Source: an uncultured Candidatus Saccharibacteria bacterium (GTDB lineage: Bacteria > Patescibacteriota > Minisyncoccia > Phycocordibacterales > DATDWN01). From it: DNA of 64,000 nt. Position numbers and translations under genes: made by a program. The stretch covers positions 81,644 through 145,643 of the forward strand of contig CAZQYV010000001.1 in the NCBI GenBank assembly GCA_964597675.1, given 5' to 3'. The notes under the pieces were generated by a model. That model was not told the DNA's origin. It made no database searches and was given only the letters and a program-made list of their open reading frames with translations. Positions 31,312 to 40,835 of the stretch are shown here, one piece after another. How positions within the stretch are numbered: position 1 is the stretch's first letter; each line of letters opens with the position of its first letter.

Positions 31312-31626
31312 CAGGTGTTTTGAGTAGTCAAACATTCCGCCCTCCGAGTAAGGAGGCGGTTGCCGGAAAGACCACACCGGCGAAAAATGTGGTGACTCTC
31401 GGATATCGTATGAATATCCGAGTTGCACAAAGCCCTGTGCGTAAAATAAGGTGACTCTTTTTAATGGAGAGAGAATGTTGTGAATAAATTGCGTCATTAA
31501 ATAATAACCCTCACCCCGACGCAGGTGAGGTAGCGGTATCTGGGCCTCGAAATCTAGATACAACGTCCGGTCGTGTAAATACATCTGGACACCTTGGCCC
31601 GACATCTGTCCGGGCCTTTTTCTTTG
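31312..31626 (+). ncRNA. unclassified structured ncRNA of about 315 nt with its own promoter and terminator
   Basis: No ORF; at least 6 hairpins including a 9 bp stem ctcggatat/atatccgag, an H-type pseudoknot candidate (gccgg..CCACA..ccggc..TGTGG), and a terminal hairpin ggcccgacatctgtccgggcc plus T-run. Confidence 0.45.
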
Positions 31627-31632
31627 TCAAAA

Positions 31633-31660
31633 TTGACATATTGACCAAATAGTGTATAAT
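31633..31660 (+). promoter_or_regulatory. sigma70-like promoter (TTGACA, 16 nt spacer, TATAAT)
   Basis: ttgacatattgaccaaatagtgtataat followed by an aggagg RBS. Confidence 0.6.
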
Positions 31661-31677
31661 AGTGTTAGGAGGCCAGA

Positions 31678-31947
31678 GTGACTTGTAAAATTCTGGATGA
31701 ACCAACACTCGCGGAGTCGTTGGTAGAGAATAAACTCCCCACTATCAAGATCGGAGATAGAGGGGAAAGTGATTTGAGTCAGGCAGAGAAATTTGAACGT
31801 CTCTGCAATTTCCTTGATAAGGGAGAGGATGTGGTTGTTATGTTGTTCGGCGACACATGGTATCGCGGTGTCGTCGAGCAGGCTGCCCTGGCACGGGGGT
31901 ATGATGTACTCCATGCCAGGAGTGCCACCGAGTTGGTGGCGGCATGA
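31678..31947 (+). CDS. small GC-rich hypothetical protein (89 aa, GTG start)
   Basis: aggagg RBS 8 nt upstream; own promoter and terminator; GC about 50% versus about 36% in flanking DNA. Confidence 0.5.
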   Translation: MTCKILDEPTLAESLVENKLPTIKIGDRGESDLSQAEKFERLCNFLDKGEDVVVMLFGDTWYRGVVEQAALARGYDVLHARSATELVAA

Positions 31948-31952
31948 CGGTT

Positions 31953-31986
31953 GGCCGGGGAGAGATCCCCGGCCACTTTTCTTTTT
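31953..31986 (+). terminator. rho-independent terminator
   Basis: ggccggggagagatccccggcc followed by a T-run. Confidence 0.65.
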
Positions 31987-32023
31987 AGGAGAAAGTTGTA
32001 TTGTGTAGAAGGAGGTTAGAATT

Positions 32024-32302
32024 ATGGTTCAACACAATGATGCTGAGGATGATCCAAAAATCACTATTGAAATTGATTGTTTTGACATCCTATTAAATGC
32101 TTTTATTGTCGCAGTTGGTATGGTAATCCTTACATTTGCAATCAATTCTGTCTCGTGGTTACACACAATTGTTTTCAAAGGTAGAGATGCTAACTATGGG
32201 GCGATATTTAGTCTTTGTTTTCTAACTATTGCTCTGACCCAGTATTTAGCTGAATGGAATGTGATTCAAGAGATAAAGAAGCAACATGGTCGTGGCAAAT
32301 AG
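32024..32302 (+). CDS. small two-TM membrane protein (92 aa)
   Basis: gaaggagg RBS; two hydrophobic segments; hairpin terminator overlapping its 3' end. Confidence 0.5.
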   Translation: MVQHNDAEDDPKITIEIDCFDILLNAFIVAVGMVILTFAINSVSWLHTIVFKGRDANYGAIFSLCFLTIALTQYLAEWNVIQEIKKQHGRGK

Positions 32303-32340
32303 CCACGGCCTTTTATTTTGCCTTGAGGGGCACGATCATT

Positions 32341-32369
32341 TGACATTACTCCTGATTTTGTATAGTATA
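32341..32369 (+). promoter_or_regulatory. sigma70-like promoter for rpsS and the downstream S10-operon genes (TTGACA, 17 nt spacer, TAGTAT)
   Basis: ttgacattactcctgattttgtatagtat. Confidence 0.55.
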
Positions 32370-32461
32370 GAGCCCAAGTTCTAAGAGCATGACTCTTAAA
32401 CAATTTTGTGTGCGGTATGCAATATACCTCTACAAAGAGTGTTTTTATTTTTGAATATTTC

Positions 32462-32803
32462 ATGACACGATCATCAAAAAAAGGCCCATATGTAGACGAA
32501 CGACTCCTCAAGAAGATTGAGGGCAAAAAGCCGATAGAAACCGGTGTTATTAAGACGTGGTCACGTGCATGCGTTATTTCTCCAGAAATGGTTGGGTTCA
32601 ACTTTGGTGTTCACAATGGAAAAACTCATCTTGAAGTATTGGTTTCAGAGGACATGGTAGGTCACCGACTGGGCGAGTTTTCTCCAACAAAGAAATTCAT
32701 CAAACACGGTGGTAAAATGCAAAAAGACCTCGAGCAGAAAAAGAAAGAGTCCGAAATTTCTGCTGCAAAAGCTGCAAAGACAACTACTGAAACAAAGAAA
32801 TAA
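32462..32803 (+). CDS. rpsS: 30S ribosomal protein S19 with a Lys-rich C-terminal tail
   Basis: Start at [12 protein letters not shown]; the S19 core matches; the ORF track starts 54 nt too early. Confidence 0.9.
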   Translation: MTRSSKKGPYVDERLLKKIEGKKPIETGVIKTWSRACVISPEMVGFNFGVHNGKTHLEVLVSEDMVGHRLGEFSPTKKFIKHGGKMQKDLEQKKKESEISAAKAAKTTTETKK

Positions 32804-32812
32804 TTTATCCAT

Positions 32813-33253
32813 ATGGCAACAGCACACGCAACACTTTCAAACTTCCGACAATCACCACGCAAAATGCGCGTGGTTGCAAATCTTGTACGTGGCAAAAAAG
32901 TGTTGGATGCACTCACAAGTCTAGAGTTTACAGACAAGCGAGCATCAGGCCCGATCAAGACACTTATTGCAAGTGCTTTGGCAAATGCAAAGTCTCTGGA
33001 TATTCCAACAGAACATTTGATTATAAAAACAATCGAAGTCAATTCTGGTAAGATTATGTACCGACGTATTCCTGCTGCTCGGGGAAGTGCACATCCGATC
33101 CGCAAGCGAACATCACTTGTTCGTGTCGAGTTGGGCGAGGCAACAACAACAAAGAAGGTGAAAATTGCAAAAGAAAAGGCAATTGCCGCACCTAAAACAG
33201 AGACAAAGGCAAAGAAACCAGCTGTAAAAAAAGTAGCAAAGAAATCAGATTAA
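32813..33253 (+). CDS. rplV: 50S ribosomal protein L22
   Basis: L22 family. Confidence 0.9.
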   Translation: MATAHATLSNFRQSPRKMRVVANLVRGKKVLDALTSLEFTDKRASGPIKTLIASALANAKSLDIPTEHLIIKTIEVNSGKIMYRRIPAARGSAHPIRKRTSLVRVELGEATTTKKVKIAKEKAIAAPKTETKAKKPAVKKVAKKSD

Positions 33254-33289
33254 TTTTTCATTTCGATTTTTTAATTTTAAATTTTATTT

Positions 33290-33949
33290 ATGACTCATAC
33301 GGTACATCCATATTCACACCGACTAGGCATCATCAGAGATTGGAAATCTCGCTGGTTTGGCGTGAAAGGTAAATATCGAGATTTTCTAAAGAGTGATGTA
33401 TTGTTACGAGAATACTTGGAAAAGCGATTTCGTGGTCAGTACGTCAGTAGTATTGAAATGGAACGAAGTGAAAAGGTATTGCGCATCATTATTGAAACAT
33501 CACGACCAGGTATGATCATTGGCCGCAGTGGAGAAGGCGCAGTCAAACTTCGCGAGGATATTGTTGCTTTTATTGCAAAGAAAAAACTATCAACAGAAGG
33601 TGAAATAAAAATTGATATCAAAGAAGTCCGATCTCCAGAATCAAACGCTTCGATTGTAGCCCAAATGATTGCAGATGGTTTGGAAAAGCGAATGCCATTT
33701 CGCCGAGTGGTCAAGTCTGTTGTTGAAAAGGTTATGGCAAATCGTGATGTACAGGGTGTGAAAGTCGAGCTTTCTGGCCGACTAGGTGGTGCATCAATGG
33801 CACGACAAGAAAAAATGAAGCGTGGACGTATTCCACTTCAGACATTCCGAGCAGACGTTGATTTTGTTAAATATGAGGCACGTTTGCCATACGGTGGTAT
33901 AGGTATAAAGGTTTGGATATACCGCGGTGAGATCTTCAGTAAGAAGTAA
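33290..33949 (+). CDS. rpsC: 30S ribosomal protein S3
   Basis: KH domain and S3 C-terminal motifs. Confidence 0.95.
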   Translation: MTHTVHPYSHRLGIIRDWKSRWFGVKGKYRDFLKSDVLLREYLEKRFRGQYVSSIEMERSEKVLRIIIETSRPGMIIGRSGEGAVKLREDIVAFIAKKKLSTEGEIKIDIKEVRSPESNASIVAQMIADGLEKRMPFRRVVKSVVEKVMANRDVQGVKVELSGRLGGASMARQEKMKRGRIPLQTFRADVDFVKYEARLPYGGIGIKVWIYRGEIFSKK

Positions 33950-33958
33950 AAAAATACC

Positions 33959-34375
33959 ATGTTAATACCAAAAAAAGTTAAATATCGAAAGTGGCACACA
34001 ATGCGAAAAAATCCATCAAAGGTGGGTGTTGCATCACGTGGTATTACTGTAGCTTTTGGATCATTTGGTCTAAAGGCAACCGAAGGTGCACGTATTCGAT
34101 CAAATCAGATTGAGGCAGCTCGAAAAGTGCTTTCTCGTGCGACTGGTAAAACAGGTAAAATCTGGATTCGCATTTTCCCCGATATGCCATATACACAAAA
34201 GCCAGCCGAGGTGAAACTTGGTAAAGGAAAGGGAGATTTGGCAGGGTATCATGCTCCAGTCAAGCCAGGACGAATCCTTTTCGAGGTTGATGGTGTAACA
34301 GAGCCAGTCGCTCGAGAGGCCCTACGAAAAGCAGGAACAAAATTGCCTTTGAAGACTAAAATTGTTGCCCGATAA
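33959..34375 (+). CDS. rplP: 50S ribosomal protein L16
   Basis: L16 family. Confidence 0.95.
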   Translation: MLIPKKVKYRKWHTMRKNPSKVGVASRGITVAFGSFGLKATEGARIRSNQIEAARKVLSRATGKTGKIWIRIFPDMPYTQKPAEVKLGKGKGDLAGYHAPVKPGRILFEVDGVTEPVAREALRKAGTKLPLKTKIVAR

Positions 34376-34385
34376 CAATACCACT

Positions 34386-34577
34386 ATGAACATGAAAGAA
34401 ATTGCACAAAAAAATACACAGGAATTACGAAAACTCATTGCAGAAAAAAAGGAGGCACTTCGTGCATTTCGATTTGGTATTGCTGGCAGTAATGTTCGCA
34501 ATGTTAAAGAGGGAGCGGTTTTGAAAAAGGACATCGCTCGAATCGAGACACATATAAATACAAAGAATATAGAATAA
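34386..34577 (+). CDS. rpmC: 50S ribosomal protein L29
   Basis: L29-like helical protein; start assigned to the internal ATG at MNMKEIAQK. Confidence 0.8.
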   Translation: MNMKEIAQKNTQELRKLIAEKKEALRAFRFGIAGSNVRNVKEGAVLKKDIARIETHINTKNIE

Positions 34578-34624
34578 CGAATAGTGAATATAGAAAAAAT
34601 CAATATTCTAAATTCAAAAATATT

Positions 34625-34894
34625 ATGAAAACTTCACAAAATACAAAAGAAAATAAAGACACAATAATTTCAGCAGGGAAGACCCTTTCAGGGGTTGTTG
34701 TATCTGACAAAATGAAAGACACAGTCGTGGTCAAAGTCAGTCGGTTTGTGAAGCATCCAAAATATGGAAAGTTTCTTTCACGCGATAAAAAGTTCAAGGC
34801 ACATGATGCAGGCAACACCAAAAAAATAGGGGACAAAGTTAGCATCATTGAGTGTGCTCCAATTTCAAAAGACAAGACATTTAAAATTATTTAA
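34625..34894 (+). CDS. rpsQ: 30S ribosomal protein S17
   Basis: S17 family. Confidence 0.9.
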   Translation: MKTSQNTKENKDTIISAGKTLSGVVVSDKMKDTVVVKVSRFVKHPKYGKFLSRDKKFKAHDAGNTKKIGDKVSIIECAPISKDKTFKII

Positions 34895-34903
34895 TACACT
34901 GCC

Positions 34904-35275
34904 ATGATTCAACCTCGATCAATCGTAAAAATAAGTGACAACTCCGGAGGCAAAATCGGACGTATTTTCAAAGTCCTCGGAAGTTCAAAAAAGCGATACG
35001 CACGTATTGGTGAGGTTGTTATGCTTTCTGTTCAAAAGGCAGAACCACGAAAGGCAACAAAAAAGAAAGACGTCTTGTATGCGGTGGTTGTTCGACAAAA
35101 AGCACCATTTCGCCGAAAGGATGGATCATATATCCGATTTGATGAAAATGCAGTGGTTATTATCGTAAAAGACAAAAAAGAGCCAGTGGCAGGACGTATT
35201 TTCGGTCCGATCCCACGAGAGCTTGGTGAAGGGGGATATCAGAAAATCATTTCGTTAGCACCAGAAGTAGTATAG
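34904..35275 (+). CDS. rplN: 50S ribosomal protein L14
   Basis: MIQPRSIVKISDNSG... Confidence 0.95.
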   Translation: MIQPRSIVKISDNSGGKIGRIFKVLGSSKKRYARIGEVVMLSVQKAEPRKATKKKDVLYAVVVRQKAPFRRKDGSYIRFDENAVVIIVKDKKEPVAGRIFGPIPRELGEGGYQKIISLAPEVV

Positions 35276-35377
35276 GAAAGTAAAATATTAAAAATCAAAA
35301 TGGAAAATTACCAGATAAAGTCAAAGAATACTAATTAGAATTTTTACTTTTGATTTTTCAATTTTAAATTTATTACC
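35276..35377. repeat. second copy of the about 90 nt palindromic intergenic element (about 85% identical to 29221-29314)
   Basis: aaaaatcaaaatggaaaattac...tttttacttttgatttttcaattttaaattta. Confidence 0.65.
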
Positions 35378-35593
35378 ATGCATATCAAAAAAGACGACAA
35401 AGTAAAAATACTGTCAGGAAAAGATAAGGGCAAAACTGGCTCGGTGGTTAAGTCATTTCCAAAAGAAAACAAAGTCATTGTTTCAGGTGTCAATGTAGTA
35501 AAGGCACACAAAAAAGCTCGCAAGAGTGGCGAAAAAGGTCAGATTATAGACAAGACAATGCCTATCCACGCATCGAATGTAAAGAAAGTGTAA
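35378..35593 (+). CDS. rplX: 50S ribosomal protein L24
   Basis: KOW motif, 71 aa. Confidence 0.9.
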   Translation: MHIKKDDKVKILSGKDKGKTGSVVKSFPKENKVIVSGVNVVKAHKKARKSGEKGQIIDKTMPIHASNVKKV

Positions 35594-35613
35594 TAAAACC
35601 TTAAACTAATATC

Positions 35614-36147
35614 ATGGAAACAACCAAACAAAAAGAAGCAACAGCATACACCGCACTCAAGTCTGCTTTTGGCTATACAAACAAAATGCGTGCGCCTCGA
35701 GTACAAAAGGTGGTTGTTTCTGCTGGCGTGGGTTCTTTTAAAGATAAAAAGAAAATCGAGCTAGCTCTTGATCGCCTTTCAAAAATTACTGGCCAGCGTC
35801 CTGTAAAAAAAGGCGCAAAGCAGTCTGTCGCTGCTTTCAAGGTCCGAGAGGGGGATACAGTTGGTATGCAGGTGACTCTCCGTGGCAAACGAATGTATGA
35901 TTTTCTTGATCGATTAGTCAATATTGCTCTCCCTCGAACAAAGGACTTTCGCGGTATTCCAACAAAGGGTATCGATGAAATGGGGAACTACACACTTGGT
36001 ATCAAAGAACACACTATTTTCCCAGAGACATCAGATGAAGAATTGAAAGATGTGTTTGGTCTCGCACTTACTGTCGTCACAAACGTCAAAGACAAAAAAG
36101 AGACATTGGCATTCCTTACTCATCTTGGCTTCCCATTCAAAAAATAA
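35614..36147 (+). CDS. rplE: 50S ribosomal protein L5
   Basis: L5 family. Confidence 0.95.
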   Translation: METTKQKEATAYTALKSAFGYTNKMRAPRVQKVVVSAGVGSFKDKKKIELALDRLSKITGQRPVKKGAKQSVAAFKVREGDTVGMQVTLRGKRMYDFLDRLVNIALPRTKDFRGIPTKGIDEMGNYTLGIKEHTIFPETSDEELKDVFGLALTVVTNVKDKKETLAFLTHLGFPFKK

Positions 36148-36286
36148 TACCACCACAAGAGCCCCGAAAGGGGTTTTTGTTGACTTATGGTATAGATTGT
36201 TATATAAATCCGATAGATCCATACCCCACCACATATGTTCAGTTCATTCTGATATGTAGGATGAGGAGTATAGGAAGGAGTCCGAT

Positions 36287-36868
36287 ATGTTTGATATTAA
36301 ACTGTTTGTCACTTTGTTGGTATTTTGGGCGGTGATTATGCTGCCAAGATTCATCCGTAACCATTTCGACGATCGTCGCAGGATCAGACGAATGGCTCGG
36401 GAAATAGAGCTTATTGATCAGGCAAAAAAAATCGGTCCGATCCTCATTCAAAATATTGAAGGGGGAATTGTGGCTTTCTGTACTGCTCGTGATTTTTATC
36501 AAGCAGAGAAGATGGCACGGGGTACTGAGGTTTGGAAGCGTGTGAGGGTGGAAGTAATCCCAACCTTTACATTTGCATCAAATGAAGGTGTGAGGGTCGG
36601 TGCTCACACTGGAGTTATGGCAGATGCGGAACTAATCCTAGAAAGCATGATCAGGCGGTCAATCCTAATCTGCAAAGGAGAGCAAATTCCGAGAAAAGTA
36701 TTCAAATACCTCATTCACAAAAATGAGAGACTTCATGTCCCATTCTTGCCAGCGACCGATGATATAGATCGGTTCAAGCGAGAATTAAGGGATTACGGTC
36801 TAACTACGGTCGAACAAGCCGAAAATAACTTTCTGAAGGAGTGCTTGAATATTATTTGGAAGGGGTGA
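36287..36868 (+). CDS. GC-rich hypothetical protein (193 aa, N-terminal TM) inserted between rplE and rpsN with its own promoter and terminator
   Basis: Terminator gagccccgaaaggggttttt before it and acccggttgcagtggtgcaaccgggt after it; RBS ggaagga. Confidence 0.5.
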   Translation: MFDIKLFVTLLVFWAVIMLPRFIRNHFDDRRRIRRMAREIELIDQAKKIGPILIQNIEGGIVAFCTARDFYQAEKMARGTEVWKRVRVEVIPTFTFASNEGVRVGAHTGVMADAELILESMIRRSILICKGEQIPRKVFKYLIHKNERLHVPFLPATDDIDRFKRELRDYGLTTVEQAENNFLKECLNIIWKG

Positions 36869-36970
36869 TATGTTACCCGGTTGCAGTGGTGCAACCGGGT
36901 ATTTTGTTGACTTTTCTTGAGGGTTTTGCTATCCTATTGCGAGTCTTACACAGACTTATTTTATTTAGAT

Positions 36971-37156
36971 ATGGCGAAAACATCAGTTAAAGCACGAGCA
37001 GCAAAGACACCAAAGTTTCCCACTCGGGCTGTTAATCGTTGTTTCAAGTGCGGACGAAAGCATGGATTTATGAGAGACTTTGGTCTCTGCCGAATCTGCT
37101 TCCGCGAGCTTGCCAATGAAGGTAAATTGCCAGGGGTAAAGAAATCCTCTTGGTAA
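36971..37156 (+). CDS. rpsN: 30S ribosomal protein S14, zinc-ribbon (Z) type, 61 aa
   Basis: [16 protein letters not shown]...CFKCGR...CRICFRE. Confidence 0.9.
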   Translation: MAKTSVKARAAKTPKFPTRAVNRCFKCGRKHGFMRDFGLCRICFRELANEGKLPGVKKSSW

Positions 37157-37221
37157 CACAAGGTGTCTCGGTTCGTCACTCCCACTCGGGTTGTGATACC
37201 ACCAAGATATAATACACACAC

Positions 37222-37611
37222 ATGAACGATCCAATTGCAGACATGATTATACGTATCAAGAACGCATCAGATTCAAAGAAAGAATCGGTCACTTTACCGT
37301 ATTCAAAGTTGAAACTTGCTATTCTTGATGTTCTTTTGAAAGAGGGTTTCATCAAGTCATTTGGTAAAAAAGGAAAAAAGGTAGCAAAATTTATCGAAGT
37401 TGGCCTTGTATACTCAGATGGTATGCCAAAAATTCACGGAGTTGATCGGGTGTCAAAGACATCAAAACGAGTCTACCAGAAGGCAAAGGATATTCGACCA
37501 GTTAAGAGCGGTTTCGGAGCACTTATTATTTCAACACCACAAGGTATTATTACTGACAAGATAGCTCGGGCAGAACATGTTGGTGGTGAGGTATTGTTCA
37601 AGATCTGGTAA
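37222..37611 (+). CDS. rpsH: 30S ribosomal protein S8
   Basis: MNDPIADMIIRIKNA. Confidence 0.95.
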   Translation: MNDPIADMIIRIKNASDSKKESVTLPYSKLKLAILDVLLKEGFIKSFGKKGKKVAKFIEVGLVYSDGMPKIHGVDRVSKTSKRVYQKAKDIRPVKSGFGALIISTPQGIITDKIARAEHVGGEVLFKIW

Positions 37612-37632
37612 TCGCATTATTTATATACACAT

Positions 37633-38166
37633 ATGTCACGAATCGGAAAAAAAATCATATCAATTCCAGAAAAAACAAGTGTAACGTTCACTTCTGGTGT
37701 ATTAACTGTGACCGGTCCTCAAGGCACATTGTCTCGACCTATGAAGTCTGACATCACTATTTCAGTTGAAGGTTCAACTGTAAACCTTGTGCCAGTAAAA
37801 GAGACAATAGCAACACGAGCACTATGGGGAACATATGCATCTCATATCACAAACATGATTACTGGTGTTAATACTCCTTTTGCAAAGAAATTGATTATCG
37901 AAGGTATCGGCTATAAATCTGAAGTAAAGGGTACAAATCTTGTTTTGGCACTTGGTTTTTCACATCCAGTCAATGTAGCAATCCCTGCAACACTAAAAGT
38001 TACTGCCGAGAAGAACATTTTGACAATTACTGGTATTAATAAAGAAGAAGTTGGGGCGTTTGCAGCACAAATTCGATCTCTTAAGAAGCCAGAACCATAC
38101 AAGGGTAAAGGTATTCGAGGTGAGTTCGAGGTCGTTAAGCGAAAGCAGGGCAAGAAAACCGCCTAA
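37633..38166 (+). CDS. rplF: 50S ribosomal protein L6
   Basis: MSRIGKKIISIP. Confidence 0.95.
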   Translation: MSRIGKKIISIPEKTSVTFTSGVLTVTGPQGTLSRPMKSDITISVEGSTVNLVPVKETIATRALWGTYASHITNMITGVNTPFAKKLIIEGIGYKSEVKGTNLVLALGFSHPVNVAIPATLKVTAEKNILTITGINKEEVGAFAAQIRSLKKPEPYKGKGIRGEFEVVKRKQGKKTA

Positions 38167-38185
38167 CTAATCTGGTTATACGTAT

Positions 38186-38536
38186 ATGAAAACAAACATA
38201 TCAAAAACAACACAGAGACTCCGAAGACGCGCACGCATCCGTGCAAAGATTTCTGGTACCGCACTAAAACCTCGTCTATCAGTATTCAAATCAAACAAAT
38301 ATATTTCTGCACAACTTATCAATGATGAATCAGGTGTTACTTTGGGTACTGCACATTCAAAAGATATGAAAGGAAAATCACTCTTGGAAAAATCAGCATT
38401 GGTTGGAAAGGCGGTTGCAGAATTGGCACAGTCAAAAAAGATAGAGCACGTTGTTTTTGATCGAGGTGGCTTTATTTACACAGGTTGTGTTAAGGCGGTG
38501 GCAGAAGGTGCTCGAGCAGGTGGACTTACATTCTAA
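38186..38536 (+). CDS. rplR: 50S ribosomal protein L18
   Basis: L18 family. Confidence 0.9.
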   Translation: MKTNISKTTQRLRRRARIRAKISGTALKPRLSVFKSNKYISAQLINDESGVTLGTAHSKDMKGKSLLEKSALVGKAVAELAQSKKIEHVVFDRGGFIYTGCVKAVAEGARAGGLTF

Positions 38537-38544
38537 TACAAATT

Positions 38545-39117
38545 ATGGAAACAGAAGTAATAAAAACAGAACAAGCAGTAACAACCGACAAGCCATCGGC
38601 TCCTTTCGATACACAACGAGACAATCGTGATCCTAGACGAAACCCTCGCAAGTCAGCTCCTCGCCGAGAAGCACGTGTTAAGCCAGAGTTTGATCAGAAA
38701 ATAATTAGTATCCGCCGAGTGACTCGTGTGGTAACAGGTGGACGACGTTTCAGTTTCTCTGTAGGTATTGTTATTGGAGACAGAAAGGGTCGCGTGGGGG
38801 TAGGCCTCGGTAAAGCTGGAGACACACCAGTTGCAATCGAAAAAGCTATCCGCGATGCAAAGAAAAATATGGTTACAATTCGCATGACAAAAACAGGCTC
38901 AATTCCTCATGATGTCGAGGCAAAATATGCTGCATCACGAGTTATGATTATGCGAGCACCAGGCAAAGGTATTATGGCCGGAAGTTCTGTTCGTACTGTA
39001 TTGGAATTTGCTGGTGTCAAAGAGGTTAGTTCAAAAATCTTTTCTCGAAGTAAGAACAAAATAAACAACGCCCGAGCTGCTATCAAGGCGCTTGCTCAAT
39101 TGATCGTTAAAAAGTAA
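38545..39117 (+). CDS. rpsE: 30S ribosomal protein S5 with N-terminal extension
   Basis: S5 dsRBD and C-terminal domain. Confidence 0.9.
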   Translation: METEVIKTEQAVTTDKPSAPFDTQRDNRDPRRNPRKSAPRREARVKPEFDQKIISIRRVTRVVTGGRRFSFSVGIVIGDRKGRVGVGLGKAGDTPVAIEKAIRDAKKNMVTIRMTKTGSIPHDVEAKYAASRVMIMRAPGKGIMAGSSVRTVLEFAGVKEVSSKIFSRSKNKINNARAAIKALAQLIVKK

Positions 39118-39121
39118 TACC

Positions 39122-39550
39122 ATGCAAATCCACAATTTACAAAGAACACATAAAAACAAGAAAGCGCGACAAATCGGTCGTGCTGGACAGCGTGGTAAGA
39201 CATCTGGCCGAGGTACAAAGGGTCAGAACGCACGCGCAGGACACAAGAAGCGACCAGAAATTCGTGATTTCATTAAGCGAATTCCAAAAATGCGTGGACG
39301 TGGTAAAAACGGTAACACATCAATTCAGGAAAAATATATTGTTGTCCGATTGGCCGATATAAATGCATCGTACAAAGCAGGGGACACAGTTTCTCCTACA
39401 ACACTCCGAGCACTCGGTGTTATTACACGACTGGGGGATATTAAAATATTGGCTACAGGTACACTTGATAAAAAAGTATCTGTCGAGTCGTGTATGGTTT
39501 CCGCAGGCGCTCGCCTTGCGATAGAAAAAGCAGGTGGTACTATAAAGTAA
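39122..39550 (+). CDS. rplO: 50S ribosomal protein L15; no L30 gene lies between rpsE and rplO
   Basis: L15 family; rpsE-rplO are adjacent with only a 4 nt gap. Confidence 0.9.
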   Translation: MQIHNLQRTHKNKKARQIGRAGQRGKTSGRGTKGQNARAGHKKRPEIRDFIKRIPKMRGRGKNGNTSIQEKYIVVRLADINASYKAGDTVSPTTLRALGVITRLGDIKILATGTLDKKVSVESCMVSAGARLAIEKAGGTIK

Positions 39551-39554
39551 TCCT

Positions 39555-40826
39555 ATGACAAATTTTTTCAATAAAATGTTTCTCGTCTTCCAAGATTCTG
39601 TCTTGCGAAAGCGAATATTTTTCACACTCGGAGCATTAGTTTTGTTTCGGGTTCTTGCTGCTATCCCTGTTCCTGGTGTAGATCATGCGGCATTGTCTCG
39701 TTTTTTCACAAATAACGAGTTCTTTGGCTTACTTAACATTTTCTCTGGTGGTGGTCTTTCACAACTTTCGATTGTGATGCTTGGTGTTGGTCCATATATT
39801 ACAGGATCAATCATTATGCAGTTGTTGACCATCATGTCACCTCGACTGAAAGAGATGTACCAAGAGGATGGTGAGGCAGGCAAGAGACGTTTTGCACAAT
39901 ACGGCAGACTTTTGACTGTGCCACTTGCTTTGGTACAAGGTTTTGGTTTTATAAAACTTCTCCAGAGTCAGCAGGTTTTCGCTGCTTTGTCTCCGTTTGC
40001 ATTCGTGGTTAATCTTATCGTTATTACTGCAGGATCAGTACTGCTTATGTGGATCGGTGAGTTGATTTCAGAATATGGTATAGGCAATGGTGTTTCCCTT
40101 ATTATCTTTGCTGGTATTGTTGCTAGTCTTCCTTCATACCTTGGACAGTTAGTTGCCATCTTTGATCCATCACAAATTCCAGTTTATCTTGCCTCAATTA
40201 TTGTAGGAGCAATCGTGGTCATAGGTGTAGTGGTTATAACAGAAGCAGAACGTCCCATCCCTGTAACATATGCAAAACAGGTGCGTGGTAATCGTGTATA
40301 TGGCGGTACATCAACCTATTTGCCACTTCGCATAAATCAAGCGGGTGTTATTCCAATTATCTTTGCTATGTCACTTCTGCTCTTTCCTCAGATGATCGTC
40401 CGTTTCTTGCAAAATGTTGACAACACCACAGTCAAGACAGTTTCAACTTATATGTTGAGTCTTTTATCTAACAGTTGGTTCTATGGCATCGCATATTTCT
40501 TGCTGGTTTTTGTCTTTACTTATTTCTATACAGCAGTGACATTTGATCCAGATCAGATATCTACAAACCTACAGAAGAACGGTGCATTTATCCCAGGTGT
40601 CCGCCCAGGAAAATCGACATCAGAGCATATTGCACGCATTCTTACTCGATTGACACTCGTCGGAGCACTCTTTCTCGGTGTCATTGCTGTATTGCCTCTT
40701 ATCATGAAGGGAATAACTGGTATCCAAGCCCTTTCGATTGGCGGTACAGGACTTTTGATTGTTGTTTCCGTGGTCATCGACCTCATCAAAAAGGTCAACG
40801 CTCAGGTTTCTATCCGAGAGTACTAA
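39555..40826 (+). CDS. secY: preprotein translocase subunit SecY
   Basis: 10-TM SecY family; position after rplO. Confidence 0.95.
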   Translation: MTNFFNKMFLVFQDSVLRKRIFFTLGALVLFRVLAAIPVPGVDHAALSRFFTNNEFFGLLNIFSGGGLSQLSIVMLGVGPYITGSIIMQLLTIMSPRLKEMYQEDGEAGKRRFAQYGRLLTVPLALVQGFGFIKLLQSQQVFAALSPFAFVVNLIVITAGSVLLMWIGELISEYGIGNGVSLIIFAGIVASLPSYLGQLVAIFDPSQIPVYLASIIVGAIVVIGVVVITEAERPIPVTYAKQVRGNRVYGGTSTYLPLRINQAGVIPIIFAMSLLLFPQMIVRFLQNVDNTTVKTVSTYMLSLLSNSWFYGIAYFLLVFVFTYFYTAVTFDPDQISTNLQKNGAFIPGVRPGKSTSEHIARILTRLTLVGALFLGVIAVLPLIMKGITGIQALSIGGTGLLIVVSVVIDLIKKVNAQVSIREY

Positions 40827-40835
40827 TGTTACTTC

